A stretch of 64,000 nucleotides of DNA from Acidimicrobiia bacterium (GTDB lineage: Bacteria; Actinomycetota; Acidimicrobiia; IMCC26256; PALSA-610), in the NCBI GenBank assembly GCA_038320885.1, contig JBBQER010000002.1:43086-107085 (forward strand), given 5' to 3'. How positions within the stretch are numbered: position 1 is the stretch's first letter; each line of letters begins with the position of its first letter. The notes beneath the pieces are model-generated. The model was not told where the DNA came from. It did no database searches and was given only the letters and a program-made list of their open reading frames with translations. Shown piece by piece: positions 8,103 to 15,856 of this stretch. The position numbers and the translations under genes are program-made.

Positions 8103-9308
8103 GTGAGGCTCGGTAGGCGGAAAGCCGCGGGTCGTTCGACGACGGCCGGCTTCGTGGGGTGGCTCACCCTCGCCGGGATCATCGCGGTCCTGATCGCCGG
8201 CGCGGCCACCGCGGTTGCGGGTCACTCGGCCGGTGAGCGCGAAGCGATCGTCGACCTGCGCGCGAAGACACTGGGCCTCGCGCAGCTCCGAATCCAGCCC
8301 GCCGTCACCGATGCCCTGCTCACGGGCAACATCACGGCCGTCGGGGAAGTCGGCGCCGCCGTGCGGCACTACGTGCTCGACAATTCCGTGGCACGCGTGA
8401 AGATCTGGAACCGCGACGGCACGATCGTCTACTCCGACGAGGCGCGCCTGATCGGCACCCACCAAGCGCTGCAAGGCAGTGAGCTCGCAACCATCCAGTC
8501 GAACGCCGTGCGCTCACGGGTAAGCGACCCGTCGAGGCCCGAGAACCGGTTCGAGCGATCCGAGGGCAAGCTGCTCGAGGTCGATCTGCGGATCATCACG
8601 CCCAACCGGCAGCCGCTCGTGCTCGAGGTGTTCTATCGCTATGGCGCGGTCGAGTCCGCCGGCGGTCGCGTGTGGAATCGCTTCGCGCCGTTCGTGCTCG
8701 GCGCGTTGGTGGCGGCGGCGGTCGTGCTGATTCTCGTAGCGTCGCTACTTGCGCGGCGGCTACGTCGACGCAGCCGGGTTCCCGAAACCGTACCGTTCCC
8801 CCAAGATCCCATCTCGCAGGAACCGGTCGGGCCGGAACCGATCGGGCCGGAACCGGTCGGGCCGGAACCGGTCGTCGCAGAGTCGCTGGCGCCCTACATC
8901 GCGGCGTCCGCCGCGGAACCGGATCCCGGAACGCACCTGGTCGACGCGCTCTCGCTATTGGTCGCGCGTACGAACGGCGACGGCATCGCGAGCACGCTCG
9001 ACACGCACGACGTGCACAACACGATTCCACCCGCGGTGGCGGAGATGCTGTTCCGAGCGACGGAAGAGACCTTGCGCAACCACGATCGCGCGACGCCCGT
9101 GACGGTGCGCGTCTCCGACCGCGATCACGTCGCCACGCTCGACGTGATCGACCAGGCCGGGGCGGGCGAAGGGGCAGCCCACCCGACCGGGGGTCACCTC
9201 GACCTCGGGGCGCTCACCGACCTGGTCGCCGACGCCGGCGGCCGGTTGGTGGTCGACGCGGCCGAGAACGGCGGTACGCGCGTGCACGTCGAAGTGCCGC
9301 TGCAGTGA
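8103..9308 (+). CDS. membrane sensor, histidine-kinase-like (HATPase_c-like C-terminus; no recognisable H-box)
   Basis: TM1 (FVGWLTLAGIIAVLIAGAA), an extracytoplasmic domain (VKIWNRDGTIVYSDEARLIG), TM2 (FVLGALVAAAVVLILVASLL), a Pro-rich repeat linker, then LFRATEETLRNHDRATPVTVRV...VIDQAGAG...GGRLVVDAAENGGTRVHVEVPL (N- and G-box-like). Confidence 0.7.
   Translation: MRLGRRKAAGRSTTAGFVGWLTLAGIIAVLIAGAATAVAGHSAGEREAIVDLRAKTLGLAQLRIQPAVTDALLTGNITAVGEVGAAVRHYVLDNSVARVKIWNRDGTIVYSDEARLIGTHQALQGSELATIQSNAVRSRVSDPSRPENRFERSEGKLLEVDLRIITPNRQPLVLEVFYRYGAVESAGGRVWNRFAPFVLGALVAAAVVLILVASLLARRLRRRSRVPETVPFPQDPISQEPVGPEPIGPEPVGPEPVVAESLAPYIAASAAEPDPGTHLVDALSLLVARTNGDGIASTLDTHDVHNTIPPAVAEMLFRATEETLRNHDRATPVTVRVSDRDHVATLDVIDQAGAGEGAAHPTGGHLDLGALTDLVADAGGRLVVDAAENGGTRVHVEVPLQ
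8819..8878 (+). repeat. 15-bp tandem repeat, 3 full copies plus 1 partial (GGAACCGGTCGGGCC)
   Basis: ggaaccggtcgggcc / ggaaccgatcgggcc / ggaaccggtcgggcc / ggaaccggtcgtcgc, encoding QEPVGPEPIGPEPVGPEPVV inside the sensor gene. Confidence 0.9.
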
Positions 9309-9339
9309 ATCGCGTGAAGCGGGGACTCCGGAAGCCGCG

Positions 9340-9516
9340 TCAGGCGAGCGCGGCGCTGACCGACTGAGGATCCGCGGGCTCTGCCGGCTGCACGACGGGA
9401 CGCTCGCCGTCGGCGACGAGCTGCGCGACTTGGCGCATGGCTTCGTCGGCGGGAATGCCCATGCGCTCGGCCAGGATGACGATGTCCTTGGCGTCGGCAG
9501 CGCTTTGTGTCGTCAT
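9340..9516 (-). CDS. hypothetical small protein (58 aa), N-terminal paralog of 9700-9948
   Basis: MTTQSAADAKDIVILAERMGIPADEAMRQVAQLVADGERPVVQPAEPADPQSVSAALA. Internal ATG at 9514-9516 is preceded by CTCGAGG. Confidence 0.5.
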   Translation of the reverse strand: MTTQSAADAKDIVILAERMGIPADEAMRQVAQLVADGERPVVQPAEPADPQSVSAALA

Positions 9517-9533
9517 CTGGCCTCGAGAAGGGG

Positions 9534-9571
9534 GATGCGCCCCCCGGGCACAAGTCCCAGGGGAACGCATC
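9534..9571 (-). promoter_or_regulatory. 5' leader hairpin upstream of small gene 9340-9516
   Basis: The minus-strand RNA GAUGCGUUCCCCUGGGACUUGUGCCCGGGGGGCGCAUC is fully paired only if two G-U pairs are allowed. On the plus strand these positions would be C-A mismatches. Confidence 0.5.
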
Positions 9572-9699
9572 ATTTGGGGAATGCTTCAATACAGAGTATG
9601 ACAGGAATCACTTCAGTGAACAATAAGCAACATCAACAACACTGACCACAGAAGGTAGTGATCTGGACCCGAGGAGCGGGCAACGAGGATGAACCCCGA

Positions 9700-9948
9700 T
9701 CATGCGGTTTCGTGGATGGCGTCCGCGAGTTTCTTTACCGAATAGTGCACGGTCGAAACATGGAGATCATCGGCCCTTCGCAATGGGGCACTCTGCTCGT
9801 ATTCGGCCGCGCAGAAAGTCCGAAGTACGTTCGCGTTCTCGACGCTTTCCATACGCCGCGTCACGAGGCGAACCGCTTCGCCGACTGGGATTCCCATCCG
9901 CTGGGCCAGCGTGACCAGGTCGTGGGCGTTGGATGTGTGTGGTGTCAT
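9700..9948 (-). CDS. hypothetical small protein (82 aa)
   Basis: MTPHTSNAHDLVTLAQRMGIPVGEAVRLVTRRMESVENANVLRTFCAAEYEQS... Internal ATG at 9946-9948 is preceded by CTCGAGG. Confidence 0.55.
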   Translation of the reverse strand: MTPHTSNAHDLVTLAQRMGIPVGEAVRLVTRRMESVENANVLRTFCAAEYEQSAPLRRADDLHVSTVHYSVKKLADAIHETA

Positions 9949-9962
9949 CGTGCCTCGAGGGT

Positions 9963-9999
9963 GATGCGTCCCCTGAGCGGATTGCCCAGGGGACGCATC
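9963..9999 (-). promoter_or_regulatory. 5' leader hairpin upstream of small gene 9700-9948
   Basis: GATGCGTCCCCTG (9963-9975) and CAGGGGACGCATC (9987-9999) form a perfect 13-bp stem with an 11-nt loop, 14 nt upstream of the start codon. Confidence 0.55.
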
Positions 10000-10034
10000 C
10001 TCGGGATGCTTCACCACTCACTATGGCGAGATGG

Positions 10035-10052
10035 ACTTTCGCCACACTTTCA
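10035..10052 (-). promoter_or_regulatory. SARP-box-like direct repeats (TGAAAGT-N4-CGAAAGT), 9 nt upstream of CATAGT
   Basis: The minus strand reads TGAAAGTGTGGCGAAAGT-CCATCTCGC-CATAGT. The heptamers are 11 bp apart. Confidence 0.5.
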
Positions 10053-10079
10053 AATCAAACAACAGGCGTTACAACGCCT
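10051..10079 (-). terminator. rho-independent-type terminator after beta-helix gene 1
   Basis: Minus strand AGGCGTTGTAACGCCT hairpin followed by GTTGTTTGATTTG, starting 11 nt after the TAA stop at 10090-10092. Confidence 0.65.
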
Positions 10080-10089
10080 CTCCTGCGCG

Positions 10090-10699
10090 TTATGCGTTGA
10101 TCGCGGCGGACGGGTTCGATGCCGGTCCCGTGCCCCGACTGTTCGTTGCGGTGACCGTGCACTGGTAGCTCCTCCCGGGCGTCAGCGCGGTGACCGTGAT
10201 CGGACTCGCAGTTCCGGTCTTGGTCTTCGTCACACCACCGTTCGACGATGCACACGTCGCGCTGAAGCTCGTGATCGGAGCCCCGTTGCTCATCGGTGCT
10301 GCGAACGCAACCCGCAACGAGCCCGAGGCCGGCCTGGTCACCGTCGGGGTCCCGGGCTGTCCCGGAGCACCCGCGATCATCGCCGGGCTCTTCGCCGACG
10401 CCGGACCGAAGCCCACCGCGTTCCGCGCCGCGACCGTGAACTGATATGACGTCCCGTCGGTCAAGCCGGTGATGAACTGAGTCGTCGCCGTCGAGTTGAA
10501 GACCTGCGCCGGCTGCGCGACACCACCCGCGTACGGCACGATCCGGTACCCGGTGATCGCCGAGCCACCATTGCTCGTCGGCGCCCGCCACACCACCTTG
10601 GCCCCGTGATCGTTGTACGGAACCGCAAACGCCGGCGCGGGAGCGGACGGAACCGTCGCCGGACACTGCGCCGCAAGGTTGCTCGACCGCAGGAACGGC
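10090..10699. repeat. 610-bp direct repeat, copy A (3' end of beta-helix gene 1)
   Basis: Aligns without net indels to 13069-13678 (constant offset 2979). It is near-identical over roughly 10300-10690 and covers the FN3-FN3 coding part. Confidence 0.85.
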
Positions 10700-12864
10700 A
10701 CGGTGGTCGCGCTCCCGGTCACTTGACCGCCGGTCGGACCTGCCGTCGAACCCCACCAGTTGCACGTGGCGTTGACCGTCGTCGCGCCGGTGTTGTTCAA
10801 GCTGACCAGGGCATTTCGATTCGCCGCGAGCGTTGCCGTCGCAGTCCCGGTCTCCTCGACGTACACACCGGTGCCCGGACCGGAGATGTGGTTGTGATGG
10901 GCATTCACATGGACCTCGCCGTCTCCGAAGCCGAACGTGTCGGTCGACACGACCAGCCCGAATCCGCCGGACACGGTGGTAACGGTGTTCGTCGTGAACA
11001 CCACGGTCGGGATGTTGCCACCCGCGCAGAAATTCGTTCCGTTGAAGTCGCAGCTCGCGAACGCGGCCAGGGCCGTGTCGCAACCCGAAACCGTGTTGCC
11101 GCTGATGGTCGGAACCAGGTACGGCACGAACGTCCAGATGCCGTAACCACCGGCGGTGCAGCTCGAGACGGTGTTCCCGCTGATCACATCGGGCGTCCCG
11201 CCGCCGTCACCGGCGTTGTCGGTGTGGACTCCGCTCGCCGACGTCGTGACGACATTGCCCGTGAAGGTCGTGCCGTTCGAGTGGTTCGCCGAGACGCCGT
11301 CGCCGGAATTCGAGACGTGGTTGCCCGACATCGTGCCGCCGCCACCGAAGTCGAAGATCGCGATCGATGACGTTGAACCGTTCACGTTGTCGACGATGTT
11401 GTTGCTGATGGTGAACGTTCCTCCACTCGATGCGTAGATACCGCGCAGCCAGACGTTCTTGACGGTCACGTCGTGCACCGAAAGGTTGTTGTACAGACCC
11501 GCGAGGTGGTTCGTGATGATCCCGTTGCGGGCATCGATGTTGGCGCCGCCGATGTTCTCGGTGCTGGTCAACGTCGGGTTGTCGCCGTCGATCTTGAGGT
11601 GATCGATCGTCACGTTGCTCGACTGCACAAGGAACACGCTGCTCGCGCCGCCACACAGCGAGCCACCGCCGAATCCCCCGCAGTTGGGGTCGGAGACGGC
11701 AGGCTGAACGATCGTGGTCACGCCCGCGCCCATGACCCGAACGCTCTTGGGCACGACCACGTTCTCGCGGTAGGTGCCGGCTGCGACGTTGACGGTGCCG
11801 CCGGCTGTGACTGCGTTGACGCCGCCCTGGATGGTCTTGAGCGGATCGTTGGCCTGGCCAGAGGCGGCGTCGTCACCGGTGGCGCCGTCCACGTAGCAGG
11901 TGGTGGTGCAGTTGTCGTTGGTCGTGAGCTTGACCCCGTCGAAGAGGAAGCCCTGGCCGTTGTTGAGCGGGTCGTTGCCGCCGCCCTCACGCAACTCGAG
12001 GTTCCGCACGATACGGGTCTGGTCGGCCAACGGCCCACCAGTTCCGCCGCCGGACTCGCTGCAGTACCGGTAGTAGTTCTCCCAGCTCGTGCCCGAAGCC
12101 ACGAGATTGCCGTCGAGGAGCACGTGAACGATGTCGTTGTTGCCACCGGGCACGAGCTTCATCACGAAACGGAGATTGTGCGGAGTCGAACGCGAGAGGT
12201 TCGTCGCGATCTGCGTCTCGACGAAGTTCCCTGTCACAGGGACGTCGCAGCCGTCGTTCAGGTTGCCTCCGGAGCCGTACGGGGGAGCGTCCTGGACGTC
12301 GTCGAAGAACACCTGCCAGCCCGTTGGCGAGTCCTCGATCCGCACGTAGCTCATCCGGGCGCCATCGCCGCGATCGGGTGAGACCGAAATGTGCAAGCCC
12401 GGCTGTTCGGTCGAAGGTGTGGTCGAGGCAAAGTCGAACGACGCACCGAAGTTGGAACGGAGCGTTCCCGTCGGGAACCCACCAGTGTTCGCACCCGGCT
12501 CGCCGGCCGCGTCGGTCGTCGACTTCGTGTACGTCTGGTCAGCGAAGCTGCCACTCGTGACCGCATCGGAGATCCGGAAACTCTTGGTCCCAAAACTCGC
12601 CGGCGCGAACGGGAACCCGCTGTTGTCGACAACCGCCTGGTCGAACGAACCCGTGCTCGCCCAGCCGTCCTGACCGTTCACCGAGCCCGTGGCGTACCCC
12701 GACTCGAACGTGATCGGACCCACCGTGTCCGCAGCAGCACCCGTCGCCGACAACGCGACCGCGCCAACCGCCCCACCGGTCACCAAACCCGCGCTCGCGA
12801 GCAAGGCAACAACACGACGAAGCCCTCCCAAGCGCGCCGACTTCCGAACGTCCTTCGTCCTCAT
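10090..12864 (-). CDS. secreted protein: signal peptide, N-terminal ~270-aa domain (possibly lectin/ConA-like), right-handed parallel beta-helix, two FN3 domains (924 aa)
   Basis: Internal ATG at 12862-12864 (MRTKDVRKSARLGGLRRVVALLASAGLVTGGAVGAVALSATGAAA). Beta-helix-type repeats follow (NVTIDHLKIDGDN..., SNNIVDNVNGS..., GNHVSNSGDG..., GNVVTTSASG..., GNTVSSC...), then CNWWGS. Then 2 x FN3 (GYRIVPY...TDGTSYQFTVAARNAVGFGPAS; GRSYQCTVTATNSRGTGPAS). Confidence 0.8.
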   Translation of the reverse strand: MRTKDVRKSARLGGLRRVVALLASAGLVTGGAVGAVALSATGAAADTVGPITFESGYATGSVNGQDGWASTGSFDQAVVDNSGFPFAPASFGTKSFRISDAVTSGSFADQTYTKSTTDAAGEPGANTGGFPTGTLRSNFGASFDFASTTPSTEQPGLHISVSPDRGDGARMSYVRIEDSPTGWQVFFDDVQDAPPYGSGGNLNDGCDVPVTGNFVETQIATNLSRSTPHNLRFVMKLVPGGNNDIVHVLLDGNLVASGTSWENYYRYCSESGGGTGGPLADQTRIVRNLELREGGGNDPLNNGQGFLFDGVKLTTNDNCTTTCYVDGATGDDAASGQANDPLKTIQGGVNAVTAGGTVNVAAGTYRENVVVPKSVRVMGAGVTTIVQPAVSDPNCGGFGGGSLCGGASSVFLVQSSNVTIDHLKIDGDNPTLTSTENIGGANIDARNGIITNHLAGLYNNLSVHDVTVKNVWLRGIYASSGGTFTISNNIVDNVNGSTSSIAIFDFGGGGTMSGNHVSNSGDGVSANHSNGTTFTGNVVTTSASGVHTDNAGDGGGTPDVISGNTVSSCTAGGYGIWTFVPYLVPTISGNTVSGCDTALAAFASCDFNGTNFCAGGNIPTVVFTTNTVTTVSGGFGLVVSTDTFGFGDGEVHVNAHHNHISGPGTGVYVEETGTATATLAANRNALVSLNNTGATTVNATCNWWGSTAGPTGGQVTGSATTVPFLRSSNLAAQCPATVPSAPAPAFAVPYNDHGAKVVWRAPTSNGGSAITGYRIVPYAGGVAQPAQVFNSTATTQFITGLTDGTSYQFTVAARNAVGFGPASAKSPAMIAGAPGQPGTPTVTRPASGSLRVAFAAPMSNGAPITSFSATCASSNGGVTKTKTGTASPITVTALTPGRSYQCTVTATNSRGTGPASNPSAAINA

Positions 12865-12974
12865 GGAACACTCCCCCACTTCCGTGTCGGTAGCCGTTCC
12901 GCGCCGGTTGAGCACCCACGCGCGTCGACCGCGGCCGCCGAATGCGACCAACCCGCGAAACCTACCGGCGCGGT

Positions 12975-12992
12975 GCTTTCGCCAGACTTTCG
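12975..12992 (-). promoter_or_regulatory. SARP-box-like direct repeats (CGAAAGT-N4-CGAAAGC), 10 nt upstream of TAGGTT
   Basis: The minus strand reads CGAAAGTCTGGCGAAAGC-ACCGCGCCGG-TAGGTT (-10 at 12959-12964), upstream of beta-helix gene 1. Confidence 0.55.
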
Positions 12993-13031
12993 TGGGAACG
13001 CAAACGCTCGCAGTGAGCCAACCGCGTCCGC

Positions 13032-13058
13032 GTCCCCCGGGCTGAGTGCCCGGGGGAC
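13032..13058 (-). terminator. perfect 11-bp-stem hairpin after beta-helix gene 2
   Basis: GTCCCCCGGGC-TGAGT-GCCCGGGGGAC, 11 nt past the TAA stop at 13069-13071. No U-tract. Confidence 0.5.
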
Positions 13059-13068
13059 ATTTGGGCAC

Positions 13069-13678
13069 TTATGCGGTGATCGCGGGGGACGGGTCCGACA
13101 CCGGTCCCGTGCCCCGACTGTTCGTGGCCTTGACCGTGCACCGGTAGCTCCTGCCAGGCGTCAGCCCGGTGACCGTGATCGGACTGGCGGTTCCGGTCTT
13201 GTTCTGCGTCACACCACCGTTCGACGACGCGCACGTGGCGGTGAAGCTCGTGATCGCAGCCCCGTTGGCCATTGGCTTCGCGAACGCGACCCGCAACGAG
13301 CCCGAGGCCGGCCGGGTCACCGTCGGGGTCCCGGGCTGTCCCGGAGCACCCGCGATCATCGCCGGGCTCTTCGCCGACGCCGGACCGAAGCCCACCGCGT
13401 TCCGTGCCGCGACCGTGAACTGGTACGACGACCCGTCGGTCAAGCCGGTGATGAACTGCGTCGTCGCCGTCGAGTTGAACACCTGCGCCGGCTGCGCGAC
13501 CCCCGCCACGTACGGCACGATCCGATACCCGGTGATCGCCGAGCCACCATTGCTCGTCGGCGCCCGCCACACCACCTTGGCCCCGTGATCGTTGTACGGA
13601 ACCGCAAACGCGGGCGCCGGAGCGGACGGAACCGTCGCCGGACACTGCGCCGCGAGATTGCTCGACCGCAGGAACGGC
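13069..13678. repeat. 610-bp direct repeat, copy B (3' end of beta-helix gene 2)
   Basis: See copy A at 10090-10699. Confidence 0.85.
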
Positions 13679-15744
13679 GTTGTCGTGACGGTCCCTTCTG
13701 TCTGTGCCGGAGCCGGTCCCGAAGTCTGACCCCACCAGTTGCACGTCCCGTCGAGGGTTCCGACGGTGCCAGTCGCCACCGAGATACCGGCCGAGGTGTT
13801 GCTGGTCGCAATGTTGTTGCGGATCACCTTGAAGTTGCCGTTCGAGATGTCGGCCGGGCTGCCGTCGTTGGCAACGCGAACACCGTGGTAACTGTTGCTG
13901 AAGGTGTTCCCGGTGACCGTCACCGGCCCCACGAAGTTCGGCTGCGCGAACGTCCGGATCCCCGAGCCGCGGTTCCCGCTCGACATGGGCGTGTCGTTGT
14001 GGATGTTGTCGAACAGGTTGCCGCTGATGGACAGATTGCCGAGCGTGTCGGCCAGCAAGATCCCGTACTGGTGAATGTCCGAGAACGTGTTGCCCGAGAC
14101 GGTGCCGCTGACGGTGTTGAGGTTGATCGCCGGCACACCGTCTTGGTCGGTGAGCTGGGAGAACGTGTTCCCCGTGATCGTCACGACGGCTTGCGCTCCG
14201 CCCGTAGTGCCCCACGGCGCGATGACACCGGTACCGGGTGAGCCGGTCTGACCGATGGCCGTGAACTTGTTGTTGGTGAAGGTCGACGTCGCTGCGCTGT
14301 CGTCGAAGACGAGCGAGTTCACGTAGGTGGAGTTATCGACCAGGTTGTTCTTGAAGGTCAGGTGGTTCGAGGCCGCGAGCGAGAGCACCAAGCCACCGTT
14401 CTGCTCGGTGCCCGCGAATTGCGCCCGGAAGCCGTCAATCGTGACCTGGTTCGGCGTCGTGATGTTGAAAATGGAGCCGGGTTCCGATGCGATCAGCTTG
14501 ACCAAACTCTCGGGGCCGCGTGCGGCAGTGCCCGCGACGCCGGCGTTCGCACCCCGCAACGTGAGGGCATGACCGATGGTCAACGCCTCGTCGTAGGTTC
14601 CGGGCAGCACCTGGACCGTGTCACCCGACAGCGACTTGTTGATCCCGTACCGCTGGATCGTGCTGTAGAGGCCGGCGATGTTGGTGAACGCGCCCGACGC
14701 CCAGGTCCGAGCGGCACCGCTCGGGCACACGGTCGTGCCCTGCCAGATGAACGACCCGGCATCGAACGTGTTGCCCGCGATCGTGGCGCACCAGTCGGGC
14801 GAGATGTAGCCGACACCCGGTCCCCCGTCACCCCACACCAGCAGGTGACGCCGGGCGATACTCGAGAACGTGTTGCCGGTGATCGTCGCCGCCCCGACCG
14901 GATAGACCAGCCAAGGCTGTGCTCCTGGGCCCGCGAAGTCCATCGCGTCGTCCATGTTCGAGAACGCGTTGCCGGAGATCACCCGGCCGCTCGTCGGTCC
15001 GGTCCAGCCGGCGCCGCTCGCGACGTAAATCGCCGACTCGTTCTGGTCACCGTCGAAGGTGTTGTCGGTGAAGTGGTAGGTCGTCACCGTGGAGGTGCCG
15101 CTGCCGCTCGGGTCGAAGTGGAAGTCACTGATGTAGATCCCGACGCCACCGGACGTCGTCGACGGCGCGAACGCGGTGTCGGTCACCGTGGAACCGTTGC
15201 CCGCGATCTCGACGGACTTGGCGATGTCGTTCGGCGTGCCGTTGATCTCGAGACCGCTGATGGTGACGTTGGCGGCCTGGACGAAGATGTTCGACGATCC
15301 GAAGGTGGGCTCCGACGCCGCGGCCTCCACCACGGGCGCGTTCACGGGCGTGGCGCCTTGCGGAGCGCTCGTGATCGCATTGCCCGCTGCGTCGAGTCCC
15401 AAGATCGTCACCGGGGTCCCGACGAAGATGTTGAAGTTGTTGGCGCCGGTACCGCCGGTATTCGGGTCACGGTTGAGCGCCTGGTCCTGGTTGTAGAGGC
15501 CGGGCCACAGGCAGACGGTGTTGCCGGAGGTCGCCGCGTCGATACCACCCTGGATGGTCGTAATCGCACTCTGGACCGCGTTCGCGTCGACGATGACGTC
15601 GCACGCCGGCGCGGCGCCCGCACTCGCCGAACCGATCACGAGTCCCGCCGCGCCTCCGCCGACCAGGCATGCGCTCGCGAGCAGGGCAACCAAACGATGA
15701 AGCCCTCCCAAGCGCGCCGACTTCCGAACGTCCTTCGTCCTCAT
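13069..15744 (-). CDS. secreted protein: signal peptide, long right-handed parallel beta-helix, two FN3 domains (891 aa)
   Basis: MRTKDVRKSARLGGLHRLVALLASACLVGGGAAGLVIGSASAGAA, then beta-helix-type repeats (GNTFS..., NNLVDNS..., GNTFSQL..., GNTFSDI..., GNLFDNI..., GNTFSNS...), CNWWGQ, and 2 x FN3. Confidence 0.8.
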   Translation of the reverse strand: MRTKDVRKSARLGGLHRLVALLASACLVGGGAAGLVIGSASAGAAPACDVIVDANAVQSAITTIQGGIDAATSGNTVCLWPGLYNQDQALNRDPNTGGTGANNFNIFVGTPVTILGLDAAGNAITSAPQGATPVNAPVVEAAASEPTFGSSNIFVQAANVTISGLEINGTPNDIAKSVEIAGNGSTVTDTAFAPSTTSGGVGIYISDFHFDPSGSGTSTVTTYHFTDNTFDGDQNESAIYVASGAGWTGPTSGRVISGNAFSNMDDAMDFAGPGAQPWLVYPVGAATITGNTFSSIARRHLLVWGDGGPGVGYISPDWCATIAGNTFDAGSFIWQGTTVCPSGAARTWASGAFTNIAGLYSTIQRYGINKSLSGDTVQVLPGTYDEALTIGHALTLRGANAGVAGTAARGPESLVKLIASEPGSIFNITTPNQVTIDGFRAQFAGTEQNGGLVLSLAASNHLTFKNNLVDNSTYVNSLVFDDSAATSTFTNNKFTAIGQTGSPGTGVIAPWGTTGGAQAVVTITGNTFSQLTDQDGVPAINLNTVSGTVSGNTFSDIHQYGILLADTLGNLSISGNLFDNIHNDTPMSSGNRGSGIRTFAQPNFVGPVTVTGNTFSNSYHGVRVANDGSPADISNGNFKVIRNNIATSNTSAGISVATGTVGTLDGTCNWWGQTSGPAPAQTEGTVTTTPFLRSSNLAAQCPATVPSAPAPAFAVPYNDHGAKVVWRAPTSNGGSAITGYRIVPYVAGVAQPAQVFNSTATTQFITGLTDGSSYQFTVAARNAVGFGPASAKSPAMIAGAPGQPGTPTVTRPASGSLRVAFAKPMANGAAITSFTATCASSNGGVTQNKTGTASPITVTGLTPGRSYRCTVKATNSRGTGPVSDPSPAITA

Positions 15745-15856
15745 AGCACTCTCCCCACTTCGGTCTCAGAGGTCGTTCCGCTTGGGTTGAAGATCCCACG
15801 CGCGTCGACCGGCGGTCACAGAAGTGCGACCAACGCGCGGAACATACCCAGTGCAC

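Noticed and set aside
8819-8878. Tandem repeats (also at 15911-15955) as a possible CRISPR array
   Set aside because: The 15-bp units are contiguous with no spacers. One array is inside a coding region and encodes a PEPxG repeat. No cas genes are present.
9340-9948. Small ORFs as RiPP precursors (Nif11/NHLP-like leader impression)
   Set aside because: Only a short helical segment is vaguely similar. There is no Gly-Gly or other cleavage motif, no Cys/Ser/Thr-rich core, and no maturation enzymes or peptidase-ABC exporter adjacent.
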